Program-made: the position numbers and the translations under genes | Part shown: positions 1 through 13,089 of the stretch, piece by piece | Layout of the letters: each line of letters opens with the position of its first letter | Position numbering within the stretch: the first letter of the stretch is position 1 | DNA from: Octopus vulgaris | Taxonomy: Eukaryota | Assembly (NCBI GenBank): GCA_951406725.2 | Contig: OX597818.1 | Span: forward strand, 62,186,001-62,250,000 | Length of the DNA: 64,000 nt | Direction of reading: 5' to 3' | Notes under the pieces: generated by a model | What the model saw: only the letters and a program-made list of their open reading frames with translations | The model's database searches: none | Told to the model about the DNA's origin: nothing

Positions 1-59
1 AATGCAATAAAACGATTTCTGTTCAATCTTCGTTCAACTCCATTTCTTCTATTCACTAA

Positions 60-345
<286 letters not shown>

Positions 346-367
346 TTCTTTTACTGATTTTATCCAG

Positions 368-462
368 ATACTTTTCTGTTTGAAATTCTGCACCCAACAA
401 GGAATTGTCAAACTGATATCGACCAATCTTCAATAGAACTTATTCAATATCCAGACGCATAA
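368..462 (+). CDS. Possible terminal coding exon of a gene starting upstream of the window
   Basis: Acceptor-like ttttactgattttatccag ends at 367. A phase-1 frame (D)[30 protein letters not shown] runs in non-repetitive sequence. No homology recognised. Confidence 0.25.
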
Positions 463-589
463 CTCCTCGAAGAAGGAAAATAATTCTTCGTCTGCTGCAC
501 ATGAATACACCCCGCATATAACCACATACACACATACACACACACACATATATATTATATATATATGGATGCATATGTCTGTGTATGTA

Positions 590-630
<41 letters not shown>

Positions 631-1434
631 TATGTGCGCACATAGTTGCATCTCTCTTCTGGTACCTTGAAAGACGGATGCATCTACACGAAATCGTTTG
701 ATCAATGCAATACTATGAATATCATCGATCTGTAATATAGGAATGATTATTCTTCTTTTAATGGATATAATGCTTCTTATGATTAAAATACTTTTAATAG
801 TTATTATACAACGTAGCGTTATTATGTATCTGGACCTGTTACACTTCTAATGGTTATTATGCTTTTTACAGCTTTACAGTTCTTAATCTTATAATTTGAT
901 CTCTTAATCCATAACGCGTTCGAAAATGTATTACTCAGTTTCTTCTTGGTTGTCAGCAAGTGTCGCTTAGTCTTAATAACATATTGCCATCGAACGTCTC
1001 ATCTCTGAAATCTCTTTTATCATCTTTCTTTTTAACTGTAATCTCAAAAATTGATTTCATAGTCTTGGTTTTAACCAGAGTGAATATATTTCCTTTCTTG
1101 GGAAATCAAAAGACTAGTTTTATCGTTACTCACTAATTTAATATGTTGCTGTTTAACTTTAGAACCGGAAATTTTCTCTAAAATATTCATAGAATATCCA
1201 GATAACGAAAGAATGGTTCATATGATAACTTTTGTTAATGATGGTGACTTCAATCTTTTCTTGTTTTATTACGTTTCATTTTGTTGGCTTTCTTTGCAAT
1301 TCTTGTTTTTTTTTTTAATCTTTTCTCTTCATTATTTTTCTCGGTGATATTTTCTTCCAAATACTCTTTAAATCACAAATAGTCACTCTACATTACTGAA
1401 CAACACAATTGAGAATCTATGAATCTACATTCTT

Positions 1435-1506
<72 letters not shown>

Positions 1507-1507
1507 C

Positions 1508-1561
<54 letters not shown>

Positions 1562-1576
1562 TCATAGTTTTATATT

Positions 1577-1656
<80 letters not shown>

Positions 1657-1754
1657 CATATACATATATACGTATGCATATATATACATATATACACATA
1701 CATATATATGCAAACACACACATATATATATATATATAAACATATACCCGTATA

Positions 1755-1808
<54 letters not shown>

Positions 1809-2268
1809 TATACATATATATATAGATATGCATACATACATATATGTGTGTGTGTGTGTGTGTGTTTGTGTGAATGCATAAATAAATATACGTCTGTGTG
1901 TGTGCATAATAAAAAATAAAGCCACTGCCAATCTTTTCTATTTTTAATCTCGCTAAATATTTTAAAATCCCATGCATACGAAGAACACATTTAGATTCTA
2001 TATATCAGTTTTCGCGTAAGATTTTTGTCTTAATCATATATCAGTCTGTGACCCAAATATATCCTTAACTTCACCAATGTACTTGTAACAATTTGTTATT
2101 CATCCTCTTAAATGTTTTAGGCATCGATAATTATTCGCGTAGATTTAAAGAAAATCTGTTTCGTGTTGCAAAGCAAATCGACTCCATGTTAAGATCGTAG
2201 GTCCTTCTTTCCAGAACGAACTAAAGAGCAGCAGGATTAGGTTCGCTGGTATAGCATGGGTGGTTAAA

Positions 2269-2499
2269 GGCGGCGAGCTGGCAGAATCGTTAGCGCGCCG
2301 GGCGAAGTGCGTAGCCGTATTTCGTCTGCCGTTACGTTCTGAGTTCAAATTCCGCCGAGGTCGACTTTGCCTTTCATCCTTTCGGGATCGATAAATTAAG
2401 TGCCAATTACGCACTGGAGTCGATATAATCGACTTAATCCGTTTGTCTGTCCTTGATTGTCCCCTCTGTGTTTAGCCCCCTGTGGGTAATAAAGAAATA
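2269..2499 (+). mobile_element. tRNA-derived SINE, family A (GGCGGCGAGCTGGCAGAA... head), monomer
   Basis: Pol III A-box-like TGGCAGAATCG and B-box GAGTTCAAATTCC, conserved body GCCTTTCATCCTTTCGGGGTCGATAAA. Near-TSD tata(g/a)catgggtggtta on both sides. More than 10 copies in the window. Confidence 0.9.
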
Positions 2500-2741
2500 T
2501 ATAACATGGGTGGTTACATCAATCATGGTAATAGAGTGAGGGGGGAGAGAGAGGAAGAAGGTGTGTGTGAGACAAACGGGCTGAGCGGGAGCTTTTTAAT
2601 GAAAATGTGGTAATAAGCGCTGGTTAGAGCTCATTTGCATATTAATATATTCTTTAGCGACAAGCTTAACAAAGAACTGACACTGCGCGCGCGTTTGTGT
2701 ATGTGTATGTATATGTGTGTGTGTATGTATGTGTGTGTTAA

Positions 2742-3136
2742 TCTTTATATATAAAAGAGAGGTTGTGTGCTGTCTGTCTCCTACGATTTAGATACCTAAC
2801 TACTCCCACATTTTGCGGTGCAGTTTAACCAAAACCGGGTATCTTATAGTCGTGATTCATATCGAGCCCTTCTGGGTATTAGCGTGCGTCTACGATGAGT
2901 CTACGATTTTAAAAAAAATTATCATCAATTTTTCCCATTTTTAATGCATTCTTGGCATATATAAGGGAAGTAACTCTCTAAAAATTTATTATTAAATCTC
3001 AGAACGTAAATAGCTACAGTAACACCCCCCCTTTGTGGTTAGCCATATTGAGATGGCTATTATACTTTACATCTCTAAAAATGCTTATATAGTTATTTCC
3101 CTTACAAACCCGAGCAACGCCGGGCGATACTGCTAG
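2742..3136 (+). mobile_element. Non-autonomous Helitron
   Basis: 5' TC terminus, 3' CTAG terminus, subterminal GC hairpin CCCGAGCAACGCCGGG (3109-3124), inserted between A and T with no TSD. Second copy at 60524-60920. Confidence 0.9.
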
Positions 3137-3326
3137 TTCTAAATAAATAAACATACATCTCTGATCTTTGAATTCTTCGTTTCGTTTGCAGAGAATTTTC
3201 AATTCATGAAGAGACAACACATCCGTTGGGGAGCTGAACTCTGATGACGCACAGACTGTGCCTCCTGCCCATACAACAATATTTGGCCTGTTGGACTTAC
3301 ACGGTATCCTTTATTTTTAAGGTACA

Positions 3327-3931
3327 GGCGGTGAGCTGGCAGAATGGTTAGCACGTCGGGCGAAATGCTCACTGGTATTTCGTCTGCCGCTACGTTCTGA
3401 GTTCAAATTCCACCGAGGTCGACTTTGCCATTCATCCTTTCGGGGTCGATTAAATAACTACCAGTTACGCACAGGGGTCGATATAATCGACTTAATCCGT
3501 TTGTTTGTCCTTGTTTGTCCCCTCTGTGTTTAGCCCCTTGTGGGTAGTAAAGAAATTAGTTTTTCGTCTGCCGCTACGTTCTGAGTTCAAATTCCACCGA
3601 GGTCGACTTTGCCTTTCATCCTTTCGGGGTCGATTAAATAACTACCAGTAACGCACAGGGGTCGATATAATCGACTTAATCCGTTTGTCTGTCCTTGTTT
3701 GTCCTCTCTGTGTTTAGCCCCTTGTGGGTAGTAAAGAAATAGGTATTTCGTCTGCTGCTACGTTCTGATTTCAAATTCCACCGAGGTCGACTTTGCCATT
3801 CATCCTTTCGGGGTCGATTAAATAACTACCAGTTACGCACAGGGGTCGATATAATCGACTTAATCCGTTTGTCTGTCCTTGTTTGTCCTCTCTGTGTTTA
3901 GCCCCTTGTGGGTAGTAACGAAATAGGTATT
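3327..3931 (+). mobile_element. SINE family A head-to-tail trimer (184-bp period)
   Basis: One full head, then body units starting at 3375, 3559 and 3743. Left TSD ctttatttttaaggtaca (3309-3326) recurs at 4178-4195. Confidence 0.9.
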
Positions 3932-3940
3932 CTTTATTTT

Positions 3941-4177
3941 GGCGGCGAACTGGCAAAAACGTTAGCACACCGGGCGAAATGTGTAGCCGTATTTTGTCTA
4001 CCATTACGTTCTGAGTTCAAATTCCGCCGAGGTCGACTTTGCCTTTCATCCTTTCGGGATCGATTAAATAACAACCAGTTACGCACTGGGGTCGATATAA
4101 TCGACTTAATCCGTTTGTCTGTCATAGCTTGTCCCCTCTGTGTTTAGCCCCTTGTGGGTGGTAACGAAATAGGTATT
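3941..4177 (+). mobile_element. SINE family A monomer nested in the right TSD of the trimer
   Basis: Full head at 3941; ctttatttt occurs on both sides. Confidence 0.85.
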
Positions 4178-4496
4178 CTTTATTTTTAAGGTACAGACAC
4201 TTTCTGGCTTTTGGGTGTCGTCAGGACACACCAACTTGCATACAGTATTGTTAATTGTCATAGCGACGGCATCACGACTCATAAAGACGGGTCTTCGTAT
4301 ATTGTAGATAGTTTAAGGGAATCCACAGTTGCTATGAATGATATTTTCCGCACAGGTATGGCATACTCGACACTTTCTAACAAACCGTGGGGTTCCAGAG
4401 ACATCGTTATCTCTTTTGCTTATTAGGTTTACACAAGCTGTTACTTGTTCTTGGATAGCAAGAAGATGAGATGTGATGTATGAATGTATGTATGTA

Positions 4497-4820
4497 GAGG
4501 CGCATTGGCCTGGTGGTTAGGAGAGCGTACTCGCAGTCGTAGGATCGCAATTTCGATTCCCAGGCCGGACACTGTGAGTGTTTATCGAGCGAAAACACCT
4601 AAATCTTCACGCGGCTCCGGTAGGGAGTGGTGGTGAATCTTGCTGTACTCTTTCACCACAACTTTCTCCAACTCTTTATTCCTGTTTCTGTTGGACCTGT
4701 ATTGCAAAGGGCCGGCCTTGTCACACTCTGTGTCACGCTGAATCTCCTCAAGAACTACGTTAAGGATACACGTGTCTGTGGAGTGCTCAGCCACTTGCAT
4801 GTTAATTTCGCGAGCAGGCT
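4497..4820 (+). mobile_element. tRNA-derived SINE, family C (GAGGCGCAATGGCCCAGTGGTTAG head)
   Basis: A-box TGGCCTGGTGG, B-box-like TTTCGATTCC. Homologous to 5233-5543(-), 18092-18230(+), 32306-32664(-) and 43320-43490(+). Confidence 0.85.
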
Positions 4821-4920
4821 CTTTATACACACACACACACACACATACACACACACACATATATATATATAAATATATGTATATATGTATATATATGTAT
4901 ATATGTATATATATACATAT

Positions 4921-5033
<113 letters not shown>

Positions 5034-5040
5034 TTTTTTG

Positions 5041-5215
5041 TGACACCCTTCCGTCATGAATGACCATGGGATTGCACCTAGAAGTTTACCGTGCGAGGCC
5101 TAAGTCTGAGCAAGGTTGTTTATGGAAGACCAGCAGTCAACCATGCATACCAGCCTCCCCTCTCCACACCACTGATGTTTTCCAAGGGAAAGGCAATACA
5201 GACTGGCACCAGTCA
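5041..5215 (-). mobile_element. 3' part of SINE family D
   Basis: Matches 63488-63670 (gtcatgaatgaccatgggattgcacctagaa...). Confidence 0.8.
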
Positions 5216-5232
5216 CATCGCACCTCATTTAT

Positions 5233-5543
5233 CAACGTGCAAGTGGTTGAGCACTCTGCATACACGTGTACCGTTAATGTAGTTCTCGGGGAGATTCTGC
5301 ATGACACAGAGTGTGACAAGACTGGCTCTTTGAAATACAGGTGCAACAGAAACAGGAAGAAAGAGTGAGAGAAACTTATGGTGAAAGAGTACAGCAGGGT
5401 TCGCTACCACCCTCTGTCGGGACCTCCTATAGCTTTAGGTGTTTTTCGCTCAATAAACACTCACAGCACCCGGTCCGGGAATCGAAACCGCGATCCTACG
5501 ACCGCGAGTCCGCTCCCCTAACCACTGGGCCATTGCTCCTCCA
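5233..5543 (-). mobile_element. SINE family C, inverted relative to 4497-4820
   Basis: Reverse complement of the family C head and body. Confidence 0.85.
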
Positions 5544-5637
5544 CATATATACATGCATGTGTATATATATATATGTGTCTATGTGTATGCATGCATACAC
5601 ATACATACGCTCTCACACACAACATGCATTTATGTTT

Positions 5638-6330
5638 ACAAGGTGTCCTCTCTTATCGCGACCTCGATTTAACGACATTTTAAAAAACACCGATAAAGAT
5701 AAAAATCTTAATCGCCAACCTAACTGCGTCAAATAAATGGTGGACATTCACAACAATTGCTTTTAAAAGTTTAATTACCACAATGCACCTCAATGATGTG
5801 CGTGCGAGTGTGTCTGTTCCTTTCTATAGTGATTCACTTCGCTTGCATGTTGATGCTGTGCACGCACACTGTTTTCATATTCTCTTCGTTGCTCTTTGCG
5901 TCTTAAAACTTTTGAATTAATAATTCATTATGAATTAATTCAAGTATTATGAAAAAGGTTGATAAAAAGAGAGGAGATTTAACAATGAAAATTGCTGTAA
6001 ATTCTTCATTCTTTAAAGGGCTCGACCTAGCCTTTTCACATATTTCAAAAAGCAACTGAGATTTTCGAGTTTCATGATTCAGATTTTGAACGAAGCAGAG
6101 AAGTTGACGGTAATCTAAATATATCTCGTGTGCTATCGTTAAATTGATAGAGAAATGGACTGTCATAGGAATAAGCGACTCTTGATACATTTTATGGAGA
6201 AATATGAGGTACTTGCTTGAAGAGAACCAAACGCGAGTGTTACACCTACGTCTAGTTTGAAATCGAAATCATGTAGCACAAGTAAAAAAAAAATTGACTG
6301 ATGAATAAATATTAAAGAAACTAGAGATAT
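5638..6330 (+). mobile_element. Decayed pogo/Tigger-like DNA transposon derivative
   Basis: TA followed by a TIR-like caaggtgtcctctcttatcgcg. Peptide FEFHDSDFERSREVDGNLN (~6065-6120) resembles the Tigger transposase C-terminal DPxxERS motif. Confidence 0.4.
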
Positions 6331-6336
6331 GTGAAT

Positions 6337-6543
6337 CAATTGCAGCGTGGGAGGTGTTTATAAGCCATTTAAGAAACACACAAAACCGTTAGATTCACTT
6401 CAACATTTAAATAATGTTGAAGTGAATCTAACGGTTTTTGTGTGTTTTTTAAATGGCTTATAAACACCTTCCACGCTGCAATTGTTTTCGTTCCAGCACA
6501 CGATCTCAGATCAGGTCACTTGCTATGCAAGTACATCTCCGTA
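6337..6543. repeat. Foldback (palindromic MITE-like) element with ~70-bp arms; left arm appears truncated
   Basis: 6337-6407 is the near-perfect reverse complement of 6413-6484, with a 5-nt spacer. The right side continues to ...catctccg-TA. Confidence 0.8.
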
Positions 6544-6930
6544 ATTCCGAAAGATATGTGAATGTTTGATATTTATCATAGATACCTTTAATATTATTTA
6601 TCGGAGACGCCCGCCACAACGACAGAAACCACTTATCAACGGGATCCAAGGTTTATGTTACAAGAGAAATATTGCACAAAATACATTTATACTGGTGTTT
6701 AGATGAATATATCGTAAAATAGCTGTTTCCGTTGTGAAGCCGATAGATCCAGTAGGAAAGGGTGATGCAAGAAGTATGATGCCTCCACCCAGTTGCAATC
6801 CGTGGAAAGCCGCTCTAAAAGTTGACCGCAACAGCTTGCTTTTCTCTCGAATCGTACTCCTTAACCTTTGTTTTCCTCTACTTACTAACGGGTAGAGCCA
6901 ATAGGGTAGTGGTTGATAAATGTCAGAGTA

Positions 6931-7350
6931 CAGTAATCCCTCGGCTATAGCGAGTGTTACGTTCCAAATCCTCCCACAGAAACAATTAAAATCTAAAAAA
7001 ATATAAATACCTATTTCTTTACTACCCACAAGGGGCTAAACACAGAGAGGACAAACAAGGACAGACAAAGGGATTAAGTCGATTACATCGACCCCAGTGC
7101 GTAACTGGTACTTTATTTATCGACCCCGAAAGGATGAAAAGCAAAGCCGACCTCAGCGGAATTTGAACTCAGAACGTAACGGCAGACGAAATACGGCTAC
7201 GCACTTCGCCCGGCGTGCTAACATTTCTGCCAACTCGCCGCCTTAAAAAAATATAAATACCTATCGGCCGCAGAAACCCGCGATATACTCAGAAGTCCGC
7301 GATATAAATTTATATATATTAGCCAGAAAAAAAAACCGCGATGCAATTAA
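6931..7350. mobile_element. Tigger/pogo-type MITE fragment interrupted by a SINE
   Basis: TA-cagtaatccctcg terminus shared with 24783-25007; repeated ccgcgata subterminal motifs. Confidence 0.6.
7007..7242 (-). mobile_element. SINE family A monomer with ~21-bp TSD
   Basis: taaaaaaatataaatacctat at 6994-7014 and 7244-7264; the TSD overlaps the SINE 3' end by the microhomology ataggtatt. Confidence 0.9.
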
Positions 7351-7449
7351 GTTACCTAGAAATGTCTAAAAAGTCTCCTTGTGTTACGACTAGTTCTGAA
7401 AATGGCTGTCTGAAACATTTGTGAAGGGACTATTTTCATTCTCTCGATA

Positions 7450-8700
7450 TCGTTGATTTATATCAGCCGGTCACTTATCGACTTTCCTGTTCAGAAATTA
7501 TGTTTGGAATGAAGTTAAAAGTGCCTGGTCGTGATTAAGCGGATTCATAGGAAGAAGTTGGTAAGAATAACTGTTGTTTCGTATCGTTTATGATTGTGGT
7601 TAAAAACTGACCATGATTGATTGAAGTAATCTTGTTATCTGTCAGTGTCACAGACGCAAGATGCATTTTCTTAATAGCATTCCTTGTTTCCGAGTCTTTT
7701 TCATCCCTGTGTTCCTTTATAGCTTCTAAAACCCGTGTGTTGCGACGAATTAACTTGTCTGTATAAACTACACTTATATCCTTCTTCTGTAAGGTGTCAG
7801 AAAGAAGAGATAATTCAAGTAATGTATCGAACATAAGTGCCAGATCAAGGAGAAAGTGTTTCAATGCAATACGTTCATAAATGCCACGCCACCCACCTCT
7901 GTTAGATCAAGAAGAAAATATTTTAATGAAATAAGCTTGCAAACTCACTAAACCCACCCCGAAAGGTGTACTGGTCAACGTTTGATTGTTTTTCACCAAA
8001 GCCACTACAAGCGTGCTTCAAAGGATAACACAGTGGAGCATAGTCATTCTAAACTGTTGGAACAGTTCTGAAGGAACTTCAAACCCATGGAGATATTAAA
8101 ATGCTTTCCATCCTTTACTGTACGTTTATCAAACTCCGCTGCTACATAACTGAATTTTTTTTTTGTTCTTCGGAAGTTGACTGTAGAAAAGAGCACAATT
8201 TATTTATAAACGAACGAAAATAATGAACCCTTTACAATTCAGAAATTTTATTTGCCTTTGTCAGTTCCATGTGATAATCACCTGACAAGAGTTAATAAAT
8301 TTGAGCAGATTTTTTGCCCCAAAATAAAACTAAGCAACAAGATTATCCTGGCCAAAATCATTCTCAGAAGGACAAGTGTGTCTTATTTATTGTAGTTGTT
8401 ATTGTATCAGTCAGTCCTTGCAAACAAACAAGATGAGGACAAATATCCGTCAAATGTAAATAATGTAAATAATGGAAATAATATGCATAATTCCTCATCT
8501 CTTAAACATAGAACCGAATTTGCTGATAATATATATAGGAAGTGACAGCTTCTTGAGCAACTTTATATTACCAAGGCTTCTCTCTTAGTCTTTGGTGTCC
8601 ATAATTCAATGTGCAATAGAGCAGTTTCTTTCCTGTTTCTGTGTTGTCTTAAAGCCCATTTCATGGCAGGTGCTGAAAGCATTCTTCTCTAAAGCGCCGA
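7450..8700 (-). pseudogene. Decayed hAT transposase (ZNF862/KIAA1586-like family)
   Basis: ORF 7535-7864 FLLDLALMFDTLLELSLLSDTLQKKDISVV..DKLIRR matches the helical LxDxLxxLSxLSxxLQ segment of this hAT group. Flanks are frameshifted and the boundaries are approximate. Confidence 0.6.
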
Positions 8701-9101
8701 GGCCTGGTCTGTCTTTTACTTCTTTCAGTCATTTGACTGTGGCCATGCTGGAGCACCGCTTTTTGGTCGACCAAATCGACCTCAGGACTTATTCTTTGTA
8801 AGCCTAGTACTTATTCTATCGGTCCCTTTTTGCCGACGCGCTAAATTACGGGGACGTAAATACACCAGCATCGGCTGTCAAGGGAACCCAGACACACAAA
8901 CATGGATATATACACATATTTGTATGTGTATATAGACACATACATACATATATATACATACGATGGGCTTCTTTCAGTTTCCGTCTACCAAATCCACTCA
9001 CAAGGCTTTGGTCGGCCCAAGGCTATAATAGAAGACACTTGCCCAAGGTGCCATGCAGTGGGACTGAACTCGGAACCATGTGGTTCGTAAGCAAGCTACT
9101 T

Positions 9102-11282
9102 TATTTCAAAACATTTGCCATAAAGGCAGTACACAGATTAAGTTAGCTTTGCGGGCTGGACGAGGACATTAATGAGGTGAATGATAATGAAAGAAAGATG
9201 ATGATAAGGATGGGAGAAGACAAAAAGCGCCCGCCGACTTTCGCTTCTCTAAAACATTGTTCTTTTTAAAGATAAACACAAAACGAGGTATTAAACCACT
9301 TACAATTTTTCAAGTCCATTACTAATAATAACAGTTCAATAATTACATATCGTCCTCGAAATAGCTTGTGCCCGCGCCCTCCACCATCAACCACGCCTCC
9401 CTCAGAACGTAGTCAAGTTCCGAGTTCGCGTTGCCCGGGACCAAGTTATAATCTTCATTGAGCTCCTTTAGCCCAAGCGTCACGTCGAACGCCACGGCCT
9501 CCACAGCTACATGCGGAGGCCATTCGGGGTCCTGTGTGAAGGCTAAAGGTGCTCCCTTGTAGTGCTCTTCCATCACTTTTTCAATTTCTCCTCCTCTATA
9601 GAAGAGGACCAATACGTTCAGTTCTTTCGTTGGCGGCACAGTTTCCGCCAACGGTATTCCTTCTCTTGTCGGTGGCACAACCCCAACCGACGTAGTTCCG
9701 GGACATTCTGGTGCTACACTGACAGCCGGTAATGTCCCGTTTTTCTTCCTCTTTTTCTTTTTTTTTCCCTTTTCAACTGAGGGAGGGTGCGTCTCCTCCG
9801 TGGCTGGAAGATTCGCCTTCCTCTCCTCATCCCTATTATCCTTTGGTGAGCACCCATTGTTGCTCACCTTCCTCTTTCGGCCTCTGTTTGAGGAGTCCTC
9901 TGCTTTCTCGGCCGTTATCGTTCCCTCTTCTAGAGGGGTTTTACTTAACTGTTCCGGGATCCTATTTTGTTCCCGAGGACAGTTCTTCTTTATGTGGCCG
10001 GACTCCAAGCACCGATGACACTTAGGGGGGCGACCCTCAAGCATCACCGGGTACCTGCACCCGGCCATTTTCAAAAAATCTGGAAGAACCAGATTGGCTG
10101 ATTGGGTCCACAGGGTCAAAATTGCTTTTGACCCAACCCAAGCAGCCGCAGGAAGAACTTTTACATTGAGGAGCTTAGTTTCGCTGTCACCCAGACCCCG
10201 GCGGATAGTCTCCTCTATCCACTCGGGTTCTATGTCGGGTGGCAGTCCGCAAATCCAAGCTTTCATCAATTTCTTTTTTTGTAAGTGGGCAGCAATAAGA
10301 TTTCCTTACCCTCCAGGGGTTTGCTAGCAAATTTGCAAGTCTTTCAGGGGTGTCAAATAGCAACCACACCGTTGCATATTTGACACCCCTGGAAATGAAT
10401 TTAATTGTTGGCAAATACTCTTCCAGCTCCTTTTCAATTGCCGTCTTTTCGAATAGGGCGATGGTGTCAAGTGCCTTGGAGTAGGTTCTCAACACCACCG
10501 TCCTATCTTCACGGTCTTTTAACCACTTTTTAGGTGGTATGATTTCCCACTCCAAAATTTTGTTATTTTTCATTGCCATGTTTTTTTAAAAAATATATTC
10601 AAATTAAACTCAAAAGCAGGAAAAAAGTTCAAAAGTCCAAATAAAATTTGATAGATTTTTGAAAAAACAAAAAGGAGAAAGCACAACAGAAGGGAAGAAA
10701 TTAACGGAAAGTCGCAATAAAGAAAAAAAACAAAAGGGGGGGGGGTTAAATGAAGTTCAAAAGAAAGTTATTAAACAGAAAAAACACAGCAAAAATATTC
10801 TGGCCTTGCGGTACTCCCGGCCTGGGTTGAACCTGGAACGCCGCAACTGCAACACAACCTCCACAAAAATGGGTCCGAAAGGTAATCCAATTGTGGCTTA
10901 TTTTTATAATTTTCTTTGCGAAGTACTCTGACAAGGGAATAAATTCAACAAACCCAAACACAGCACTGGCTACCGCCAACGGTAATTTTAACAGTAACTG
11001 TATTGGATTCTGAGGATACGCCCCTCCACTGTTTTTCTTTTTTTTTCAATGAACACAAAAACTGCTGCCGCCGAGAGCAGGCGAAATTGTCTCAGAGTTG
11101 GACACAACTTACTGAAATAATAATTGGCACGCAATAAATTATGCCCAACTCACAATAAACAAAATCACTTACCTCGACAACTTTCCGTTTTTGGTCTTTT
11201 TTCTTTAATTGGACGGAGCTGATTGACTCGCGTCCACTCTGGCTGAACAGGAAGCAACAGACTAACTGCGCATGTGTGTTAC
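9102..11282 (-). mobile_element. ORF1-only non-LTR retroelement (L1/Tx1-like, HAL1-type architecture)
   Basis: 10-bp TSD caagctactt (9092-9101 and 11283-11292), ~700-nt 5' UTR, gag-like ORF1, ~240-nt 3' UTR ending in AATAAA at the junction. No reverse transcriptase. Confidence 0.8.
9343..10579 (-). CDS. ORF1p-like nucleic-acid-binding protein with CCHC zinc knuckle (frameshifted near 10265-10340)
   Basis: CHRCLESGHIKKNC knuckle preceded by an RRM-like ICGLPPDIEPEWI segment and followed by a basic/low-complexity region. ORFs 10187-10579 and 9343-10269 overlap in different frames near an A7 run. Confidence 0.8.
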
Positions 11283-12797
11283 CAAGCTACTTACCACACA
11301 GCCACTCCTACGCCTACAAGAAGAAGGAGCTTTAAGATTGCCTTGGTGATACGTACACTGGACATTTCACGACGGCTCATACATCTCATGACAGGAGCAG
11401 TCGATCAAAGAGGAGAAGATTTAAAGACACTATCAACCCACCTGTTTTATTGTTGCTCAATGTAGGGTGAACTTTGCTGGCAGCTGCTATCATGCTAAGC
11501 CACAACCTATATCGGGTGTTATATGTTAGATATTCCCAGCCACTGATTGAAGAAAAAGACAACTGAATTGATATTATAGGGCGAGACACGCAACTGATCG
11601 CCGAAGCTAATTGGTGACAGAAATTCCTGCGAAACGTGCCTTGGCTGCGATCGTTTGAGGAAGAAAGATTGATGAGAGAAAAGATGAAATGGTCATCATT
11701 AGAATGTCTGTTGAAGGAAGATGCTTCAACTTATAAGGAAGTTTGTCCAGTATATCCCTAAATCGTAGAACACCCGAAGATAAATATCAGTCTGTAATAG
11801 GGCTTAACACACGAAAAAAATAATAAAGTTTTTACAAAGCCTTCAAAATCATAACGGAAAACCAGCAACAATATTTGCAAATAATCTAGAACTTCGCTGT
11901 GTAAACAAGAATTACTTCCAACAAATACACAAGGCCTTACATTTAACAAAGGATTCGATATAGTTTTCCTCAAATTTCCTTATACATCAAGAATGCGTAA
12001 TGAATATGTGAAAAAAATTAAAATTGAATGATCTTTTGGATATCCGAGAGGCAGCTTTCTGTAACAGCATGTTTAAAATTCCACAGTCAGTGTTACAGAA
12101 TGACAAAACCACTGCCAGCCATTCAGACAAATCTACACAATATATTTCATCACTTCAACTCTACAATATCTCTCATAACCAAACAGAAAGAGCATACATA
12201 CGCTACAACACGTATACTCTGTGACATAAGGACTTTCACTAAGACCGTACTTTGCATCGACAATATTGCATTATAACGCTATTAAGGACACAAACACCTT
12301 ATCTTTTACACTTTATAACATATTTTACTGGTCCATTCAACGATTTAATGACAGTTACAAACATTTTATGAAAAATAATGATTCAATATTTACTATAATA
12401 ATTCAACATCGTTCAAAAAATATTAAAATAACATCTTGTAACACCTCTTACTCCTACACTCTCTCACTTTAATTTTCTCAGTCTCACTTAGCATTTTCTC
12501 GTTTATTTCTCCGAATAGTGTAATAAACACCTCATCCTTCTGATCACTTTTATCCTACTTTTTTTCTTCTGTCGCTTTCTGTGTATTTTGACGTTTGGCA
12601 GCTTCCACCGTCCTCGCAAAAATGTTAATTTGACAACAAACAAAACTACTTTGCAATAAATACGTGAATAATTTTGACATCATATCAGCAGTCTTTTTGG
12701 CCTTTTGGCTTGAGCAGAGGATGCACTTCTAAAAATAACCTTAGATTGATATTGCTGCGATATGTACTATAAATTATTTACTCTCATACTCATCCAA

Positions 12798-12857
<60 letters not shown>

Positions 12858-13018
12858 GTATGTATACATACATATACATATGTATATGTATATATATATA
12901 TACATATATATATGTATATATATATATGTATACACATACACACACACATATACATATATCTATATATATATATAATATATACATATATATATATATGTAT
13001 GTGTATATATATATAATG

Positions 13019-13089
<71 letters not shown>

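Larger units (their letters stand above)
8713..11317 (-). mobile_element. tRNA-derived SINE family B split by a 2.18-kb insertion (parts 8713-9101 and 11283-11317)
   Basis: Joining the two parts restores the uninterrupted head seen at 48953 (GGCGTAGGRGTGGCTGTGTGGTAAGTAGCTTG...). Confidence 0.9.

Noticed and set aside
3236-3265. CTGATGA followed by a GCACAG/CTGTGC hairpin
   Set aside because: There is no GAAA box, stem III or stem I, so it is not a hammerhead.
10800-10850. B-box-like GGTTCAACCC and an rRNA-like gggagtaccgcaagg (minus strand) in the retroelement 5' UTR
   Set aside because: The matches are too short, and there is no A-box, cloverleaf or extended rRNA similarity.
11760-12480. 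Possible very old Penelope-like coding remnant
   Set aside because: Only vague motif resemblance; too decayed to call by eye.
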